A stretch of DNA of 37,996 nucleotides from a virus (lineage: Duplodnaviria; Caudoviricetes): IMG/VR virus record IMGVR_UViG_3300033067_001864, positions 1-37,996 of that record; one strand, 5' to 3'. Below, in pieces: positions 34,202-37,996 of the stretch. Both the position numbers and the translations under genes were made by a program. The notes beneath the pieces are model-generated. The model was given only the letters and a program-made list of their open reading frames with translations. It did no database searches and had not been told where the DNA came from. Positions within the stretch are counted from its first letter, which is position 1. The number at the start of each line of letters is the position of its first letter.

Positions 34202-35232
34202 GGATACAGTTCGTGGAGTTTCTTCTTCGTGAGAGGACCGACGGTTCCGACGGCTTCGAGGCCGTACTTCATTTGAAAGCCCTTCACGGCCGCGGTCGTG
34301 ATCGGACCATACGTTCCGGTCGCATCGACGTTAGAAGGGAAGATGCCTTCGTATTTCAAACACTCCTGAAGGGATATAACGGATTCGTTATAGTGCGGCT
34401 TCGCGGAGATCCCGTCGAACTTGAACGCGATCGGGTAGGAGGCGAACCAGTTGCGCTTCTCGTAGAACTCGCGCGTGATGAAGCGGCGAGAGAGGCCGCC
34501 GAAGTGCGCGCTGTCGTCGATCCATATGCCCTGCTTCCCCTGATAGATCGCCGGCTCGATGCCGACGACGGAATGGCGTAGGCCGTTCTGAACCGTAAGG
34601 CCCGGCGATTTGATCGTCGGTACTTCCTGCGACCACTCCGAGGAGGTGAAGTAGAACCACATCATGACCGCCTTGCGCGTCTTCTGAATCGTGCCGGCCG
34701 GTGTATCGAGATCGCCCGGCGTGAAGATCACGTCGGTATCGCTGATGCGGAAGATCTCCGCGACGTCTTCGTTATACGCATCCGGCTTGATCTTGTTCGC
34801 CGCGGCTTCGGTAGATACCACGTCTGAAGGGACGAGCGCTTCGAGCGTCATGCCTTCATTCGTATCGAGCGCGATCGCGTCGGCCGCCATCATACCTTCG
34901 GCCGGATAATTCGAACGCTTGCGGTAGAACGCAAGCGCGGAGAAGTCTATGTCGAGCCCCTTATTCACCTTGAAAAGTACGCGCTTTATCTTGCGACGGG
35001 ATTCCGCTACGCAATCACTCTTGCCGCCCTGATCCTGTACGCCGAATGTACGGACCTGATCCTTCGGGATCTCTTTCCACACTACCGGCGCGGCCGCGGC
35101 GATCGTCTCGCTCGCGTGAACGTCCTGCGCTTCTCGCTCTTCAGGCGTACGAGTATCGAAGTTCGCGCCGAGTGTAGGAACCGCCGGTGCGGGAGGAGCG
35201 AAGAGAGATTTGAAGAAGGCGCCTAGATCCAT
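34198..35232 (-). CDS. Endolysin: papain-like (C1) cysteine peptidase plus peptidoglycan-binding domain
   Basis: QDQGGKSDCVA (Gln/Cys), RHSVVG (His) and IDDS. C-terminal PG_binding_1-like LQECLK…TGTYGPITTAAVKGFQ…GTVGPLT. Confidence 0.8.
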   Translation of the reverse strand: MDLGAFFKSLFAPPAPAVPTLGANFDTRTPEEREAQDVHASETIAAAAPVVWKEIPKDQVRTFGVQDQGGKSDCVAESRRKIKRVLFKVNKGLDIDFSALAFYRKRSNYPAEGMMAADAIALDTNEGMTLEALVPSDVVSTEAAANKIKPDAYNEDVAEIFRISDTDVIFTPGDLDTPAGTIQKTRKAVMMWFYFTSSEWSQEVPTIKSPGLTVQNGLRHSVVGIEPAIYQGKQGIWIDDSAHFGGLSRRFITREFYEKRNWFASYPIAFKFDGISAKPHYNESVISLQECLKYEGIFPSNVDATGTYGPITTAAVKGFQMKYGLEAVGTVGPLTKKKLHELYP

Positions 35233-35236
35233 GCGC

Positions 35237-35503
35237 TTATTTCTTCTTGCCGAGGAAGTGGATGCCGGTCGAGCCGAGGAAGTTCAGGAGCGCGAGCACG
35301 AAGACGTTCACGGAGCTTTCGTCGAGGTTGCCGGTGAGCATGAACGTACCAATGGCGCCGGCGAGAGAAAGGCCGAGCGCGATGATGCGAACGACGACGA
35401 CGTACGGTCCGTACGAAAGATTCTCGACCGTCGGGATACGCTTGATCAGCGAGACGAGGCCGGAGACGAGGAAGGGAGAAACGAGAAGAAGAAGGTTTTC
35501 CAT
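35237..35503 (-). CDS. Holin-like membrane protein
   Basis: 88 aa with 2-3 hydrophobic helices and a basic C-terminus, directly upstream of the endolysin. Confidence 0.7.
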   Translation of the reverse strand: MENLLLLVSPFLVSGLVSLIKRIPTVENLSYGPYVVVVRIIALGLSLAGAIGTFMLTGNLDESSVNVFVLALLNFLGSTGIHFLGKKK

Positions 35504-35544
35504 ATGCCCCCAGTATAAGCACGTATCGAAAATGAGTGTAAGGG

Positions 35545-35895
35545 TTATCCCCCGAACAATTTCACGAGGATCGCGGCGCCCCCGGCAGATGCCGCGGAGA
35601 TGCCGGCGGCGAATCCGATCATGCGGCCCTGAAGATTATCCTTCCACGTATTGAGCTCCTTCAGATTCTTCCCGTGCGCTTCTACGGCTTCAGTAATCGG
35701 CTTGAACGCCTCTTCCGAGACGAAGTGATCGCCGAGCGCGGAGAGTGAGTTCTTGATCTCTTGAAGGTCGGCGGCCGACTGCTTCTTCATATCGAGGAGA
35801 TCACGGCGAATATATCCGAGGTGGATATTCACTCCTTCGGGCGTAGTTGCGGGCGGCATTTCAGCGGCGTCAGGCATAGAGATGAGGACGTCCAT
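35545..35895 (-). CDS. Coiled-coil protein with C-terminal TM helix (lysis-associated)
   Basis: Coiled coil followed by a hydrophobic C-terminus. The start may be 35877 (CTATG). Confidence 0.65.
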   Translation of the reverse strand: MDVLISMPDAAEMPPATTPEGVNIHLGYIRRDLLDMKKQSAADLQEIKNSLSALGDHFVSEEAFKPITEAVEAHGKNLKELNTWKDNLQGRMIGFAAGISAASAGGAAILVKLFGG

Positions 35896-35980
35896 TTACC
35901 AACGCAACCATATTTCGCATGAAGGATTGATGGGCTGTCATGCGCGTATTTTACCGTGCATATGCCTATTCAAAAATACG

Positions 35981-37219
35981 TTATTCGAATCTAAAGAGTT
36001 GTGTAGAACCGCCGCCGGCCGGAGGTGTTCCGGGTGTGTAGTCTACGGCGGTCCAGAGCGCCGTCGCATTGATGTTGTTCGTGTTATCCGTAGTGATCTT
36101 GATGCCGGTCTGCATCGAATCGAGCGTCGTCGAGGTCCAGTTCACGGCATCCGGATCCTGATAGAGCGTGAGCGTCGGGTTCTCCGGAATGGATCCGGCG
36201 TTCGTGAACCACGTCGTCGCCGCGGGCGTGATACCCGTACCCTGCGCGATCGTGCCGCCGCTCGTCTTCTCCACTTCCACTTTGAACGTAGGATTCGAAG
36301 CCGCGTTATCCGCACGGTAGCGGACGTTCTGCTGTACGAGATTGATCGTGTCGTACGAGGCAAGCCCGGAGTTTCCCATATTGTAGAGATCCTCCTGATT
36401 CAGCGTCGTCGAAAGCACGTAGTCCGTGATGTCGTTTGGAGGCGTCTCTTCCATCTGCGACCAGTTCGCGCCGCTATCCGATCCACCTCGGGTCCATCCG
36501 TTCGCATCGCCGGCCGCATTCGGGCGGAGATAGATCACTTTCGTATTACCGGGGAAGGAGGTCTGCGCCGATCCGGTCGAATCGTTTATCTTCACGTCAT
36601 CGAAATACATATCGTTCGTCGTCTGCGCGCCTGTAACGTTGCCCCATAGTGCGCGCGCCCATTGGCCCTGATTCGAGTTCGCGCCCGTTGCGAACGTCGT
36701 CCAGTTGCCGGCGCCGTCGTCGATGCGGCCGGTCAGCGTGCCGGGGCTCGTCGATGCGTCATTCGAAAGCTCGACGCATGTCCACGTGTTGAGCGGGATC
36801 GCGCTCGATGCGGATCCGATCTGCGTACCGTCCGATTTGAGGAGGACCAGCGTGCGGCTCGTCGTCATGGTGATGTTGCCGACGGCCGTATTTGAGATGT
36901 TGCTCCATCGAAGGAATTGCGTGCTCGCGTTCGGGGCGGCCACGATATAGACGCACACGGAAATGAAGCCGGTCGTCGTCTGATTCGTCGCGGCGACGTG
37001 CTGGCGCCAAAAGCCCGCGGCGGCATTCACGCGGCCGGCGTAGGTTCCCGTGCGTACGTTCGTCGTCGAGACGGAGACGGAGGAGTTCAGCGTGAACTCC
37101 ATCTGATCGGTCGTCGAGTTGAGCTCGTAGCCTTTCGTATCGAGACGTGCGGCCGACGCCGATGCCGGCGCCATGAGGACGAACGCTATGAAGAGGAATG
37201 AGGCGAGGAGCTTTTTCAT
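35981..37219 (-). CDS. Secreted-type beta-sandwich protein (412 aa; lectin/ConA-like by inference)
   Basis: Signal peptide MKKLLASFLFIAFVLMAPASASA-AR. Thr/Asn-rich beta strands, NTWTCVEL and MYFDDVKI. Confidence 0.75.
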   Translation of the reverse strand: MKKLLASFLFIAFVLMAPASASAARLDTKGYELNSTTDQMEFTLNSSVSVSTTNVRTGTYAGRVNAAAGFWRQHVAATNQTTTGFISVCVYIVAAPNASTQFLRWSNISNTAVGNITMTTSRTLVLLKSDGTQIGSASSAIPLNTWTCVELSNDASTSPGTLTGRIDDGAGNWTTFATGANSNQGQWARALWGNVTGAQTTNDMYFDDVKINDSTGSAQTSFPGNTKVIYLRPNAAGDANGWTRGGSDSGANWSQMEETPPNDITDYVLSTTLNQEDLYNMGNSGLASYDTINLVQQNVRYRADNAASNPTFKVEVEKTSGGTIAQGTGITPAATTWFTNAGSIPENPTLTLYQDPDAVNWTSTTLDSMQTGIKITTDNTNNINATALWTAVDYTPGTPPAGGGSTQLFRFE

Positions 37220-37479
37220 TTTGTTTTGCCGGTGAGCGTTTCCTTATCGTATATCCAGAACGTGTCAGGATAGTCCGCCTTGTTCGAATATCCGGGGACC
37301 GTACGCGGGACGTACTTATCGGCATCGAGTTCGAGGACCGTACCGGCCGGGATGCCGCGGAAGTCTTGCGTGAGGATCTTATCCGTCGGCTCGATCTTCG
37401 CGGGAAGTGGATGCGCGACGAAGCTCGCGCCACCCGCAAGCGCGGCGCCGGCAAGGAAGGATGCGATTTCTTTCTTCAT
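37216..37479 (-). CDS. Small exported/membrane-anchored protein (87 aa)
   Basis: N-terminal hydrophobic segment MKKEIASFLAGAALAGGASFVA. Coupled to both neighbours. Confidence 0.7.
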   Translation of the reverse strand: MKKEIASFLAGAALAGGASFVAHPLPAKIEPTDKILTQDFRGIPAGTVLELDADKYVPRTVPGYSNKADYPDTFWIYDKETLTGKTK

Positions 37480-37482
37480 AGA

Positions 37483-37996
37483 TTAGTCAGCGGTTATGGA
37501 CTTGGATACGGTACACGAGACGTAGGTCGGAGAGGAAGCCGGTGTGCCGATATCGACGTAGCGCTTCTCGCCGGCCGTGAAGGTGTTATTCGTCGAGAGC
37601 GTGTTCGTGCCGACGGTCGTCGATGCGTTCACGAGGTTCATGCGGTTCGTACCGTCATAGAAGGAGACGTTCAGCGTTCCGGTATCCGTGAAGCACTTCA
37701 GGCCGTTCCATGTCTCGCCGGTGTATGCCGGGCCGAGCGCCATCGTCGTCGTGCCGGTCCATGCGGTCGTCGTCGAGACGGTGAACGCCGGATAGAAGTT
37801 TCCATCGCCGAGCACGCGCGTCGCGCTGTTCGATTGGTACTTGAATTGATTACTCGTCGTATCGATTCCGATATCGCCATCCGTTGCGACGGTCGGCGCG
37901 GATCCGTTCGGGATGCGGAGGATGCTGGTGAAGATGCCGGTAGCCGCCTGAACGATTCCGGACCACGTGCTGTTAGTTCCGGAGATGGCCGTCGTC
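37483..37996 (-). CDS. C-terminal part of the 1024-aa Ser/Thr-rich protein starting at 2561
   Basis: Frame is open from 37995 (TTAISGTNSTWSGIVQ…) to the stop at 37483. Joined length 2561+514 = 3075 nt = 1025 codons. Confidence 0.85.
   Translation of the reverse strand, partial: TTAISGTNSTWSGIVQAATGIFTSILRIPNGSAPTVATDGDIGIDTTSNQFKYQSNSATRVLGDGNFYPAFTVSTTTAWTGTTTMALGPAYTGETWNGLKCFTDTGTLNVSFYDGTNRMNLVNASTTVGTNTLSTNNTFTAGEKRYVDIGTPASSPTYVSCTVSKSITAD

Larger units (their letters stand above)
1..37996. mobile_element. Complete (circularly permuted) podovirus-like bacteriophage genome
   Basis: Terminase-portal-scaffold-capsid-tail-ejection-lysis gene order with no tape measure or sheath. The reading frame at base 1 joins in frame to base 37996. 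No host housekeeping genes. Confidence 0.9.

Noticed and set aside
1-37996. Stop-codon reassignment (UGA or UAG recoding)
   Set aside because: Genes are full length and densely packed under code 11. TGA, TAG and TAA all end genes, often in ATGA couplings.
35981-37996. Diversity-generating retroelement targeting fibre genes
   Set aside because: No reverse transcriptase ORF and no template/variable repeat pair noticed.

Overview
The window appears to be a complete, circularly permuted ~38 kb podovirus-like tailed-phage genome. A minus-strand ORF starting at 2561 runs off base 1 and continues in frame from base 37996 (…KFA-S-TTAISG…), giving a 1024-aa signal-peptide-bearing, Ser/Thr-rich protein that the ORF track missed. 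The minus-strand late region runs terS, terL, portal, scaffold, major capsid, then a ~7 kb sugar-synthesis cassette (3 glycosyltransferases, 4,6-dehydratase, DegT aminotransferase, nucleotide-sugar dehydrogenase, 2 methyltransferases, 2 HExxH proteins). It continues with tail adaptor/nozzle, ejection proteins, three secreted-type proteins and a lysis module. A divergent early region (28.4-33.4 kb) holds small Cys-rich ORFs, an RHH regulator with repeated operators and a DnaQ-like exonuclease. No polymerase, helicase, primase or integrase is recognisable; a DnaA-box-like cluster lies next to an AT-rich tract. The most unusual features are these: many genes look leaderless (-10 box 6-8 nt before ATG, no SD); an intergenic candidate sRNA carries a perfect 15-nt complement of the 16S rRNA 3' end; a divergently transcribed tRNA-like RNA has a greatly extended anticodon arm; and two sequence-different but architecturally identical three-segment hairpin switches lie upstream of the terminase genes. 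A CPR/Parcubacteria host is inferred, not shown. All functional calls come from motif reading by eye, with no database searches.
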